Shown piece after piece: positions 19,957 to 30,345 of a stretch of 64,000 bases of DNA; within the stretch, counting starts at the first letter, position 1, and the number at the start of each line of letters is the position of its first letter. Location: the IMG/VR virus record IMGVR_UViG_3300009158_000031, positions 62,001 through 126,000 of that record. One strand, 5' to 3'. Under the pieces are notes generated by a model. It saw nothing but the letters and a program-made list of their open reading frames with translations, was not told the origin of the DNA and did no database searches. Position numbers and translations under genes: made by a program.

Positions 19957-21765
19957 ATGGAAGAAAGAAAAGATAATATAAATCATCATGGAACCGAATT
20001 AGGTTGGGAACTCGGTGTAGATTTTCCTATGTGGGGAAATACCGAGATTTACGTAAAGACAATATCTAAAGGATATTTGTTAAAAGGAGAGACTCCTAAA
20101 GATGCCTATTGGCGAGTATGTACAACCGTAGCAAAACGTTTAGGCAAACCAGAAATGGCTTCTAAATTCTTTGATTATATTTGGAAAGGTTGGTTAAATC
20201 TAGCTACTCCAGTTCTTTCAAATACCGGAACTGAACGAGGTCTTCCAATATCATGTTTTGGTATTGATGTTGCCGATTCAATTTTTGATATTGGTACCAA
20301 GAATCTGGAACTTATGTTGCTTGCTAAACATGGTGGTGGTGTTGGAGTTGGTATTAATCAAATCCGACCTGCCGGAACAATAATCAAGAATAATGGAACA
20401 TCTGATGGTGTCGTTCCTTTTTGTAAAATTTATGATTCAACTATTTTAGCAACTTCACAAGGAAGTGTTAGACGAGGCGCTGCTTCTGTTAATATTGATA
20501 TTGAACACAATGATTTTTGGGAATGGTTAGAAATTCGAGAACCAAAAGGTGATGTTAATCGACAATCTCTTAATCTGCATCAATGCGTTATTATCTCTGA
20601 TGCATTTATGAATAAAGTTGAACAAGGAGATAAAGAAGCAAGATCAAGATGGACTGCAGTACTTCGTAAACGACGTACAACCGGTGAACCATATATCATG
20701 TACAAAGGAAATGTTAATCGCAACAATCCTGAAGCCTATAAACAAAATGGTCTTAAAGTTTACATGACTAATATTTGTTCAGAAATTACTTTACATACCG
20801 ACGAATCTCATTCATTTGTATGTTGTTTATCTTCTATTAATCTTGCTAAATATGATGAATGGAAAGATACTGATCTTATTTACACATCAACTTGGTTTTT
20901 AGATGGTGTACTTGAAGAATTTATACAGAAAGCAAAATACATGAGCGGATTTACCAATTCTGTTAGATCTGCCGAAAAAGGAAGAGCATTAGGTCTTGGA
21001 GTTTTAGGATGGCATACTTATTTACAAGATAAAGGGCTTCCTTTCGAAGGTCTTCTTGCAAGATTCGAAACTCGCAAGATATTCTCTCAAATTAAGCTAG
21101 AATCTGATCAAGCTTCTAGAGATATGGCTAGAGAATATGGAGAACCACTTTGGTGTATTGGAACTGGAATGCGTAATACTCATTTACGAGCAATTGCACC
21201 AACCGTATCCAATTCTAAATTAAGTGGAAATGTATCTGCTGGTATTGAACCATGGGCAGCAAACGTATTTACCGAACAAACTGCTAAAGGAACTTTCATT
21301 CGTAAAAATCCTACATTGGAGAAATATCTTAAACGTATGAAACGTAATCAAAAAGAAGTATGGGATCAAATACTTATTGATGGTGGATCGATTCAAGGTT
21401 TACAATTTCTAGATGATTGGTTCTTTCACCGAGATTCTTTGGTAAATAAAGAAAAGATCGAAACTTTATCTGATATTGAAAAAACCGAATTGATTCCATT
21501 CAAAGATGTATTTAAGACATTCAAAGAAATTAATCAATTGGAATTAGTAAAACAAGCCGGATTACGTCAACAATACATTGACCAATCAGTTTCTCTTAAT
21601 CTTGCATTTCCTACTGAAGCTACTCCTAAATTTATCAATCAAGTTCATATGGAAGCTTACAAACAAGGAATTAAAACACTCTATTACATGAGAACCGAAT
21701 CTGTTCTTCGAGGTGATATTGCCGCTAAAGCACTCGATGAAAATTGTGCATCTTGCGACGGATAG
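19957..21765 (+). CDS. nrdA: class I ribonucleotide reductase alpha subunit, no evident ATP cone
   Basis: PISCF, TNICSEI, GLGVLG, AIAPT, KTLYY, C-terminal CASC. Confidence 0.95.
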   Translation: MEERKDNINHHGTELGWELGVDFPMWGNTEIYVKTISKGYLLKGETPKDAYWRVCTTVAKRLGKPEMASKFFDYIWKGWLNLATPVLSNTGTERGLPISCFGIDVADSIFDIGTKNLELMLLAKHGGGVGVGINQIRPAGTIIKNNGTSDGVVPFCKIYDSTILATSQGSVRRGAASVNIDIEHNDFWEWLEIREPKGDVNRQSLNLHQCVIISDAFMNKVEQGDKEARSRWTAVLRKRRTTGEPYIMYKGNVNRNNPEAYKQNGLKVYMTNICSEITLHTDESHSFVCCLSSINLAKYDEWKDTDLIYTSTWFLDGVLEEFIQKAKYMSGFTNSVRSAEKGRALGLGVLGWHTYLQDKGLPFEGLLARFETRKIFSQIKLESDQASRDMAREYGEPLWCIGTGMRNTHLRAIAPTVSNSKLSGNVSAGIEPWAANVFTEQTAKGTFIRKNPTLEKYLKRMKRNQKEVWDQILIDGGSIQGLQFLDDWFFHRDSLVNKEKIETLSDIEKTELIPFKDVFKTFKEINQLELVKQAGLRQQYIDQSVSLNLAFPTEATPKFINQVHMEAYKQGIKTLYYMRTESVLRGDIAAKALDENCASCDG

Positions 21766-21786
21766 TAAAAACTAATTAACATATTT

Positions 21787-21815
21787 AAGGGATTCATTTT
21801 TATGGATCCCTTTTT
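21787..21815 (+). terminator. intrinsic terminator after nrdA
   Basis: AAGGGATTCA..TGGATCCC-TTTTT. Confidence 0.8.
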
Positions 21816-21828
21816 CATATAATTAAAT

Positions 21829-22041
21829 ATGGCGATATTACATCATTTAAGTAAACCTAAATCTAGACAAGATATTGTCTTTGAAGAAGATCTAGCAATG
21901 GATTCAGATGGATGGTTCATTCGAGTAAAACACATAAACAAAAAAGACGGATCTACCGCTAGTTCATCGTGTATTATACTCAAAGATATGGAACAATGGC
22001 TAAATACTTATATCCGAGATGGATATGCAGAGCTTACTTAA
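21829..22041 (+). CDS. small hypothetical protein
   Basis: ORF after a CATATAA motif. Confidence 0.5.
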   Translation: MAILHHLSKPKSRQDIVFEEDLAMDSDGWFIRVKHINKKDGSTASSSCIILKDMEQWLNTYIRDGYAELT

Positions 22042-22081
22042 TAATCAAATCAATCATAAAATAATAAACAAATCAATAAAA

Positions 22082-22828
22082 ATGAAAATTAAAATCACGA
22101 AAATTTCCGTTGCAAATTTATCTATGTTAGTAAGGAAAATGTTGCTAATGGACAATTCAATCTATTTGAATTTTGATAGTGAAAGAATTTGGTCAGATGT
22201 TTATACTCCAACAAAGGATGTTGTAAAATCTAATTACCTTCCAATCGCCAGCGTATTTGAATTTGAATCACCAATAACACAACCAATTAAGTTATCGTTC
22301 TATTCAGGATCTAAGCTACTCGAATGTTTAAAATATTTTGATGCACATCATCTTTCTGCCGAAGTATCTTGCTTCGAAGATATGGAAGATAAACTAATCT
22401 ATGCAGATAAAATCATTCTACAAGATCAAAAACTAAAAATTGAAATTGCCTGTCAAGATATTTCTTTAGGATTCACTTCAATGACTCCAGATCAAACCAT
22501 TCGAGCATTTGATCTTGGTAGTGAAGAATTCCAATTTATCTTAGCCGCTGAAGACTTCAATAAAATTGTATCTTTACAAACAATGGATAAGGGTGAATTA
22601 CTATCAATTTATTCCGACGAACAAGGTGTACATATCAAAAATGAAGGATTTGATATTATCGTAGATGATCGAGTAAAAATCAAATCTACTCCAAAAAATA
22701 TCTTCAAATCTTTTCTATCTAGAATTGATAAAGAAACTTATCGCATCCATGTTTGTTCTAATAAATTAATTCTTGATTCAACTGAAACAAACACAAAATT
22801 AGCTCTAAACCTAGCAATAACAGAATAA
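22082..22828 (+). CDS. 45: sliding clamp (gp45/PCNA-like)
   Basis: About 250 aa with two repeated beta-alpha-alpha-beta units, in replication context between polymerase halves. Confidence 0.6.
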   Translation: MKIKITKISVANLSMLVRKMLLMDNSIYLNFDSERIWSDVYTPTKDVVKSNYLPIASVFEFESPITQPIKLSFYSGSKLLECLKYFDAHHLSAEVSCFEDMEDKLIYADKIILQDQKLKIEIACQDISLGFTSMTPDQTIRAFDLGSEEFQFILAAEDFNKIVSLQTMDKGELLSIYSDEQGVHIKNEGFDIIVDDRVKIKSTPKNIFKSFLSRIDKETYRIHVCSNKLILDSTETNTKLALNLAITE

Positions 22829-22833
22829 AAATT

Positions 22834-23010
22834 ATGTACAACCTATACCCAAAATTTATTCATTACAATGAATATACGAAAAAATGGTTCGCTTTCGATA
22901 GAGAAGAAGCCGTTTTATATCTTAACGATAATACACAAATGGAATCTCTTAAAGAATACAATTCAATTGAAGATTTATTAAAGGACCATAAACAAAAAAC
23001 AAATGATTAA
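22834..23010 (+). CDS. 58-aa hypothetical protein (not in the ORF track)
   Basis: MYNLYPKFIHYNEYTKKWFAFDREEA...KTND; fills the gap and overlaps the polymerase C-subunit start. Confidence 0.5.
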   Translation: MYNLYPKFIHYNEYTKKWFAFDREEAVLYLNDNTQMESLKEYNSIEDLLKDHKQKTND

Positions 23011-24211
23011 TTTCAATCCAGAAAAAATTGCAATAGAAGATATTCCAGCACTTCTCGAATCCCTATCAGGTAAAGATCGAGAAGATGCTATAACCGCTCT
23101 TAAAGCCGAACAACTTCGATGCAGTACTCAGGAACAGGGAATTAAACTAATTATTAACTCAATTTATGGAGCCTTCGCGAATGAGTATTTTCACTTCTAT
23201 AATATTTCAGTTGCAGAAACAGTAACTCTTCAAGGACAAGATGCTATCAAATTTACTGAACGTATGGTTGATAAGTATTTCAAAGAATTCTTTCATCGAG
23301 ACAAACCTTTACTAACTGAATTAGGTGTTATCGAAAACCAAGTAGTTCCTAGAATCAAAGGTAATGTTTGGAAATATACCGATACGGATTCAGGTTATTT
23401 AATCTTCGAAGAATGTATGGAAGCGGTTCAATGGAAAGGTACCGTAAAAGAATTTGTTCTAACTCTTAATTCCTTTAGATTATCTGATTATATTAAGAAA
23501 GTTCTTAATGATTATGCCAAAACATTTCAAACCGAAAATTATCTAGATTTCGAATTAGAAACTATTGCAGAAAATGCAATTTGGGTAGCTAAGAAAAAAT
23601 ACATCCAAAATATCATTTGGAAAGATGGTAAAGATTACGATAATCTTTCATATATCAAAACAACTGGTCTAGAAATTATTCAATCATCAACTCCTGTATT
23701 TTGCAGAGGTAAACTTATCGATGCTGTAAAGTATATGTTCTCAAAAGGTAAGATTACCGAAAAAGACGTAAGTGATTTAGTTAAGCTAATCAAAGAAATC
23801 AAACGAGAATTTAAGCTATCTAATATTGAAAAAATTTCAATGGGTCGTTCGGTTTCCGATTATCAAAAATTTGTAATCAACGATAACGATAAGCTAGAAC
23901 TTCAAAAAGGTTGTCCTATTCATGTTCGAGCAGCAGCACATTACAATTATTTACTTAATCAAAATCCCAAACTTAAAGGTAAATACGAAATGATTCGATC
24001 AGGTGATAAGCTAAAATGGTATCATGCAAACGATTCATTTTGTGATGTATTCGCCTATAAAGCAGGAATGCATCCCATGGAAATTGCTCCTAAAATGAAT
24101 ATTGAAAGACAATTTCAAGGATCAATTCTAGATCCACTTAATCGAATCATAACGCCAACAGGTATTCCGGCTTTGAATCCTTCATTGGCATATACAGTAA
24201 GCCTTTTCTAA
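23003..24211 (+). CDS. 43B: family B DNA polymerase, C-terminal subunit (motifs B and C), gp43B-like
   Basis: KLIINSIYG, YTDTDS, AKKKYI, GLEIIQSSTP. Confidence 0.9.
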   Translation: MINFNPEKIAIEDIPALLESLSGKDREDAITALKAEQLRCSTQEQGIKLIINSIYGAFANEYFHFYNISVAETVTLQGQDAIKFTERMVDKYFKEFFHRDKPLLTELGVIENQVVPRIKGNVWKYTDTDSGYLIFEECMEAVQWKGTVKEFVLTLNSFRLSDYIKKVLNDYAKTFQTENYLDFELETIAENAIWVAKKKYIQNIIWKDGKDYDNLSYIKTTGLEIIQSSTPVFCRGKLIDAVKYMFSKGKITEKDVSDLVKLIKEIKREFKLSNIEKISMGRSVSDYQKFVINDNDKLELQKGCPIHVRAAAHYNYLLNQNPKLKGKYEMIRSGDKLKWYHANDSFCDVFAYKAGMHPMEIAPKMNIERQFQGSILDPLNRIITPTGIPALNPSLAYTVSLF

Positions 24212-24239
24212 CATATAAAAATTAAATTAAATAAACAAC

Positions 24240-25433
24240 ATGAGCAAAGAATTTACAATTGGTGAGCTTCAGAAAGAGCTTAGAAAAATCAATCCATTTG
24301 GTGACGTTATCAGCAAATCGGAATTTTCAAAAATAACAGAATGGATCGATACTGGAAATTATCATCTAAACGCAGTTTTTAGTGGTGATCTTTTCGGTGG
24401 TATTCCTAACAATCGAACAATATGTTTAGCTGGTGATTCAGGTACTGGTAAAACATTCTTACTTCTTAATATGGTCGCAAAAGCTCAGGAAATGGGTTAT
24501 TATGTGGTTTATTATGATACTGAAGGTGCAGTCGATGTAGATAACATTCAATCATTTGGAGTTAATCCTGAAAGATTCGATCATCAACCGGTTTCAGATA
24601 TTGCAAAATTCAGAACTTCTATTACCACATTAGTGAAAAAAATGATGGAAGCTAAACAAGCTAAAATGACTCTACCTAAAATCATGATTTGTCTCGATTC
24701 GTTAGGGATGCTTGCAACTACAAAAGAAATTGATGATGCAATCAGTGGAAATACTGCCGCTGATATGACTCGTGCAAAATCGATTCGCTCTTTATTCCGT
24801 ATTATTACTTCTGATCTAACTGGTCTTGGAATTCCATTCGTATTTACAAATCACACATACGCTTCTACTGGAATGTTCCCTACAGTGAACCTATCCGGTG
24901 GTGGAGGTTTAATCTATTCGGCTTCTGTTATCTTGGCTTTATCTAAAGCTCAAATTAAAGAAGGAACCGTACAAACTGGAATTATTGTTACCGTTAAAAC
25001 TCTTAAAAATCGTTTTGGTAAACCAATTCCTATTAAGTTTCATATCCGTTGGGATAAAGGAATGAACCCTTATATTGGAATGGAAGAATATATGAATTGG
25101 GAAACTTGTGGTATTCAAAAAGGAAATTTAATTACCGATAAAGAATACGAGAAAATGAGCGATAAAGATAAAGCAACCGCTCATTCTTTTGATTATCAAG
25201 GTGAAACCAAATACTTCATTCCTCGCGAAACTGCTCGTAATTATATAGTTAAACATTTAGGAAAGGGTATTCCAGCTAATGAATTATTTACTCCGGAAGT
25301 TTGGACTAACGAAATACTACAGATGATTAATGAAAAATGTATTAAACCTAAATTCAGCTATGGAATTAATTCTGCTGAAGATGAAGTTGAATCAATTTTC
25401 TTAAACTCTGATGATATTAGCGATGCTGAATAA
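24240..25433 (+). CDS. uvsX: RecA-like recombinase UvsX
   Basis: LAGDSGTGKT, YDTEGA, LDSLGML, NHTY, LSGGGG, YSAS. Confidence 0.95.
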   Translation: MSKEFTIGELQKELRKINPFGDVISKSEFSKITEWIDTGNYHLNAVFSGDLFGGIPNNRTICLAGDSGTGKTFLLLNMVAKAQEMGYYVVYYDTEGAVDVDNIQSFGVNPERFDHQPVSDIAKFRTSITTLVKKMMEAKQAKMTLPKIMICLDSLGMLATTKEIDDAISGNTAADMTRAKSIRSLFRIITSDLTGLGIPFVFTNHTYASTGMFPTVNLSGGGGLIYSASVILALSKAQIKEGTVQTGIIVTVKTLKNRFGKPIPIKFHIRWDKGMNPYIGMEEYMNWETCGIQKGNLITDKEYEKMSDKDKATAHSFDYQGETKYFIPRETARNYIVKHLGKGIPANELFTPEVWTNEILQMINEKCIKPKFSYGINSAEDEVESIFLNSDDISDAE

Positions 25434-25734
25434 AGAACAAATAAAAATCAAATACATGCTCGGATCTTTTCGAGATGAACTAGATTTTCCTACATATGAG
25501 GACTTCCTCTACCTAGTACATAATTGGTACTGGGTAGAAGGTGGTCATAATTTTATACATACATATCGTGGTTTAGAAGAAACCGGTAATGTGATTTTTC
25601 CAGATTCAACCTTGAAAGAAAAACTAAACGGAAACATTGAACAATATAACGACCTTATTAGCAATTTGCTAAAGGACAACAAAATAAAAGTAAATAAAGA
25701 TACTAAATTCACAATATACTATGAAGTTCTATAA
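25411..25734 (+). CDS. hypothetical protein
   Basis: ORF between uvsX and the helicase. Confidence 0.5.
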   Translation: MILAMLNKEQIKIKYMLGSFRDELDFPTYEDFLYLVHNWYWVEGGHNFIHTYRGLEETGNVIFPDSTLKEKLNGNIEQYNDLISNLLKDNKIKVNKDTKFTIYYEVL

Positions 25735-25766
25735 CAACATATAATTAACATATAATTATAAAATCT

Positions 25767-27065
25767 ATGATTGGATCATCCGAATTTGAAAAGGCGTTTT
25801 ACTTATATACCTGTAAAAACCCAGAATACTTATCAAGTATTGACGAAGGATTTTACGATAACGACGAAATCTCGACTTTACACAAAATCACAAAAGGCTT
25901 TCACAGTAGATTTTCACAAATTCCTACCCGAGACCAAGTTAAATTAATTGCTAGACAAGATCAATTTAAAGATCGAATCACGGAATCTATTATAGATCTT
26001 GTATTCGACGAACCTCTTGATTCATACGATCCTGATTGGATTCGAGAAACTAGTGAAGCTTGGATTCTTTGGAAATCTCTAGATAAATCTTTGATTGATA
26101 CAATCGAATATGTTAAAACTGTAAAGGTTAATCCTGATAATGTTAAAGACGTAATTCAAAAAGTAAAATCTCTTATTAATGAAAGAAACTCTATTACTTT
26201 TGATAAGGACTTAGGTAAAGACTTCTTCTCTGCTGAAAATCACATACCTACAGCAAATTCTAAAATCACCACATGTCATAATTTCGTTGATAATTTCAGT
26301 GGTGGTTATCGAACAAAATCTTTAATTGTATATGCCGGTGAACAAAATGTCGGTAAATCAATTTGGTTAGCTAATGATGCTGTAAATTATGTTCGTGCAG
26401 GTTTCGATGTTGCAGTAATAACTGCTGAAATGGCAGATATTGATTTCATTCATCGTATCGGTGCAAACCTATTAAATGTTAAAGTAAGTGAATACGAAAG
26501 AAAATCTAAAGAATCAGGATTTATACAAACTCGTTTAGCTTCTTTAGCAAATGGAGTAATCCCTACTGGAAATCTATTCGTTAAAGAATATCCAACTTCT
26601 CAAGTAACTGTTCCTGAAATTGAAATGTATTTAAGAGAATTAGAATTAACTAAAGGAATTAAACTTAAAGTAATTATAATTGACTATATTAATATTCTAG
26701 CAAATTATCGAAATCCCAATACAGAAAATACTTACATGAAGATTAAACAAATCGCCGAAGATCTTCGTGCTATGGCAGTTCGAAACGATTGGGTTGTAAT
26801 AACTGCTACTCAAATTAATCGAAGTGGTTATGATTCAACTGAATTAAACCTAGGAAATATCGCTGAATCTGCCGGATTATCACATACTGCCGATATGATT
26901 TATGGTATTATACAAGATACCTCAATGCATATGAATAATGAATATTGGTTGAAACTATTAAAAATAAGAAACGGTTCTGGTAAAAACAGCCGAACCATGT
27001 ATCGAATAAATTATGAATATATGAGATTAACTGAAAGCGATACAACAATAACAGCAAGTATATAA
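25767..27065 (+). CDS. 41: replicative DnaB-like helicase (gp41)
   Basis: AGEQNVGKS, ITAEM, IIDYIN, TATQINRSG, AESAGL, KIRNG. Confidence 0.95.
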   Translation: MIGSSEFEKAFYLYTCKNPEYLSSIDEGFYDNDEISTLHKITKGFHSRFSQIPTRDQVKLIARQDQFKDRITESIIDLVFDEPLDSYDPDWIRETSEAWILWKSLDKSLIDTIEYVKTVKVNPDNVKDVIQKVKSLINERNSITFDKDLGKDFFSAENHIPTANSKITTCHNFVDNFSGGYRTKSLIVYAGEQNVGKSIWLANDAVNYVRAGFDVAVITAEMADIDFIHRIGANLLNVKVSEYERKSKESGFIQTRLASLANGVIPTGNLFVKEYPTSQVTVPEIEMYLRELELTKGIKLKVIIIDYINILANYRNPNTENTYMKIKQIAEDLRAMAVRNDWVVITATQINRSGYDSTELNLGNIAESAGLSHTADMIYGIIQDTSMHMNNEYWLKLLKIRNGSGKNSRTMYRINYEYMRLTESDTTITASI

Positions 27066-27066
27066 A

Positions 27067-27564
27067 ATGAATACTCCAGAAAATAACATACCAGAAAATG
27101 AATTATCGGAAGATGGTCTACCATTAGTTCCTGAAGAAAATGCAGTAAAACGAGATAAAATATTCGATAACGATTACGATCAAATCGAATTAGAAAGTTC
27201 CAATCAAACGTTTTCTATTGATGATTCTTATAAAGCTCATTCCATCGAAGATTCAATCGATGTTGATCTAGTGAAAGAAAGACTATATGAAGAAATTGCT
27301 AAAGTCGAGAAATATCAAGCATACCTAGAACCCATCAATGGTGAATTTAAGAAAATTGGAAAATCTGAAATTAATGAAATATACAGTCATTTAATTAAAG
27401 CAATTGGTCCAGGAACTCGAATTGAAATTTACTCTTGTATGTGTGAAATATATGAAATATCACCTGACAAATTCTACGAATCTTTATCTAATAAGTTCAA
27501 AACCGAACTTATTCAAGATCTCAAGTCCCGAGGATATTTACAAAACATAAAAGCACTTTTTTAA
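27067..27564 (+). CDS. hypothetical protein
   Basis: Acidic ORF coupled to both neighbours. Confidence 0.6.
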   Translation: MNTPENNIPENELSEDGLPLVPEENAVKRDKIFDNDYDQIELESSNQTFSIDDSYKAHSIEDSIDVDLVKERLYEEIAKVEKYQAYLEPINGEFKKIGKSEINEIYSHLIKAIGPGTRIEIYSCMCEIYEISPDKFYESLSNKFKTELIQDLKSRGYLQNIKALF

Positions 27565-28640
27565 TGAAGATAAACGCAAACAAAGCAATCATTGTATCCG
27601 ATACACACTTAGGAGCAAGGTCAAATTCTGCTGAATGGTTAACCACAATGATGGATTGGTTTCGCGAAGATTTTATACCTAAAGCAAAAGAGCTTTACGA
27701 ACCAGGAACAATTCTAATACATACTGGTGATGTATTTGATAATCGTCAATCTATTAATCTAATGGTTCTTCATGAAGGAATGGCAATATTCGAAGAACTT
27801 GGTCATATTTTTGATGCTATATACATTATAGCCGGAAATCATGATGTTATGAAAAAAACATCAAACGACATATCATCTTTAGATTGCTTAAAATACATTC
27901 CTAAAGTACATATCATCAAAGAACCTACTTTAGCAGATATCAATGGAACCAAAGCTCTATTTATGCCTTGGAGAACCGATGTTAATGAAGAAAAAACTTG
28001 TATTGCCGAATTTGGTAAAGAAGATCCTAAACTTCTATTCTGTCATACTAACATCTACTCGCTTAAATTTGATAATTCAAGAGATGTAGAAGAAGGTCTT
28101 CATGCCGATGATCTAAAAACCTACGAACGAGTTTATTCTGGTCATATACATTGGGGACAGAAACGAGGAAATGTAACAATGGTTGGCAATCCATATCAAA
28201 TGACTCGTTCCGATGCTGGAAATCCAAAAGGATTCTATGAATTTAACTTCAATACCTTTGAAGAAACTTTTCATGAGAATACTTATTCACCTAAGTTTGT
28301 TAGAGTTCATCTAAATCGTTATTTAGAGAATACTTTAGGAGAGATATTAGATGAATGTAGGAATAACAGAGTTGATCTGTATATACCTTCGCACTATATA
28401 CTTAAATACCAAGTTAATCCAATCATAGACGCCATCTCAGAAGTGGCTAGGAAGCTAGAGGTATTCCCATTTGAAGAAGATCAAAATATTGATATCAATG
28501 GAGAAGATCTAGAAACACTTTCAATATTTGAAATGTGCCAAAAATACATCACTCAAATGCGTAGTGTAGATGATTCCGTAAAGAAAAGAATCGAGGTTAA
28601 AATCTCTAATTTATACAATCAAACCATCAAAGAAATTTAA
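27564..28640 (+). CDS. 47: Mre11/SbcD-like nuclease (gp47)
   Basis: SDTHLG, GDVFD, GNHD, CH, SGHIH. Confidence 0.95.
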   Translation: MKINANKAIIVSDTHLGARSNSAEWLTTMMDWFREDFIPKAKELYEPGTILIHTGDVFDNRQSINLMVLHEGMAIFEELGHIFDAIYIIAGNHDVMKKTSNDISSLDCLKYIPKVHIIKEPTLADINGTKALFMPWRTDVNEEKTCIAEFGKEDPKLLFCHTNIYSLKFDNSRDVEEGLHADDLKTYERVYSGHIHWGQKRGNVTMVGNPYQMTRSDAGNPKGFYEFNFNTFEETFHENTYSPKFVRVHLNRYLENTLGEILDECRNNRVDLYIPSHYILKYQVNPIIDAISEVARKLEVFPFEEDQNIDINGEDLETLSIFEMCQKYITQMRSVDDSVKKRIEVKISNLYNQTIKEI

Positions 28641-28641
28641 T

Positions 28642-30312
28642 ATGCGAATTCAAACAGTAGAATGGAAAAATTTCAATAGTTATGGAAATCAAATTCAGAA
28701 GATTGAATTTGAAAAAGATGCAGGAGATTTATACCTGCTTCTAGGATCTAATGGTCATGGAAAATCTACAATATCAGAAGTAATTACATTTGCTCTTTAC
28801 GGTAGAATTGAAAGAAAAAACAAATCAGATCTTCCTAATAGAATTAATAAAAACCTTTGGTGTCGAATCGTTATTCGATCGAAAAATAAATTAGTCGAAA
28901 TTACTCGTGGAGTATCTCCTAATCTATTTGAAGTTAAAATAGATACGGTTACTTATGATACTGCTGGTAATGCAAATGTCCAAGATTATCTAGAAACCGA
29001 AATATTCGATATTCCATATCAAGTATTTAAGAATATCATTGTACTTTCAATTAATGATTTTAGATCATTCTTAACAATGTCTACTGGTGATAAACGAAAC
29101 ATCGTAGATAGGCTATTTGGATTCACTATAATTAATCAAATGCGTGACCAAATTAGATCAGAAAGAAAAGATCTTCGCGAAAGAATTAAAACGCTTAGTG
29201 ATGAGCTAAATATTATTCAAGAATCCATTGAATCTGTCAATACTAAAATTTCTACATTAGAATCTTCTAAAAAAGTAGATCGAATTAGATTAATAGAAGA
29301 ATACAAAGGGAAAATTAAAGATATGATTGAACAAAAACGTAAGATCAATGATGCTTTAGCCTTAGTTAAAACCAAAGAAACCGACTTTAATGATGCAATC
29401 AAATCAAAAGGGAATGAAAAAGAACAATTATCTTTTGAGCTAAGAAATGCAGTAAATTCATTAAAGCTATACAACAATGCAAAATGTCCTACATGTAATG
29501 CAGATCTAAATACAGAAAATCATCAACATCTTAAATCTGAATTAGAAGAGAAAGTAAGAACCAAACAGGAAGAATATAACGATATCCAAGAAGAATATCT
29601 AGACCTTTCCGGCAAAATGAATTCTCTTTCTTCTAAAATAAAAGAAATGGATTCATCTTGTATTAAGATCAATCTTCTTATCGGACAATACAAAAATGAA
29701 GCTGAAAGAATTGCTAAAGAGACTCGAGAAGAAGATATGGATTATCTTAATGAAATCTTATCCGAGAATGAAACTAAACTTCTTGAAAGAAAATCTAGCG
29801 TCTCTAATAACTCAACCGAAGATACCTTCTTAGATATTGTTGAAAGTGTACTTGGCGATGATGGTGTTAAGAATTTAGCTATGAAAACTATCATTCCAAC
29901 CATCAATCAATCTATTCAAAATATGTCTAAACAAATGCACTTACCTTATTTGATTAGATTCGATGAAAAATTCGATTGTTCGATACACTCTTTAGGTGAA
30001 GAAATTAATGCTCGAAGCATGTCAACTGGTGAACGTAAAAAAGCAGATTTTGTTATTATTATCTCTCTTTTAAGATTGCTTAAAATTAGATATCCTTCAT
30101 TAAACCTTCTTTTCTTAGATGAAATATTCTCATCAGTAGATTCTGGAGGTATTTATGAAATTTTAAAAATTCTAAAAGATGTATCGGTTGAAAATTCATT
30201 AAACACATGGGTAGTTAACCATACAGAACTTCCAATAGAACTTTTCGATAAAAGAGTTGAAGCTATAAAAGAATCTGGGTTCTCTAAATTGCATATAGAA
30301 AATATCTCGTAA
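28642..30312 (+). CDS. 46: Rad50/SbcC-like ATPase (gp46)
   Basis: GSNGHGKST, Zn hook CPTC, MSTGE, LFLDEIFS. Confidence 0.95.
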   Translation: MRIQTVEWKNFNSYGNQIQKIEFEKDAGDLYLLLGSNGHGKSTISEVITFALYGRIERKNKSDLPNRINKNLWCRIVIRSKNKLVEITRGVSPNLFEVKIDTVTYDTAGNANVQDYLETEIFDIPYQVFKNIIVLSINDFRSFLTMSTGDKRNIVDRLFGFTIINQMRDQIRSERKDLRERIKTLSDELNIIQESIESVNTKISTLESSKKVDRIRLIEEYKGKIKDMIEQKRKINDALALVKTKETDFNDAIKSKGNEKEQLSFELRNAVNSLKLYNNAKCPTCNADLNTENHQHLKSELEEKVRTKQEEYNDIQEEYLDLSGKMNSLSSKIKEMDSSCIKINLLIGQYKNEAERIAKETREEDMDYLNEILSENETKLLERKSSVSNNSTEDTFLDIVESVLGDDGVKNLAMKTIIPTINQSIQNMSKQMHLPYLIRFDEKFDCSIHSLGEEINARSMSTGERKKADFVIIISLLRLLKIRYPSLNLLFLDEIFSSVDSGGIYEILKILKDVSVENSLNTWVVNHTELPIELFDKRVEAIKESGFSKLHIENIS

Positions 30313-30345
30313 TTACACGAGAATATATAAAATAAAAGATACTAA

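Noticed and set aside
18900-23060. Intein or group I intron explaining the polymerase break
   Set aside because: No Cys/Ser-start or His-Asn-end intein motifs at the junctions, and the gap holds ordinary genes and a terminator.
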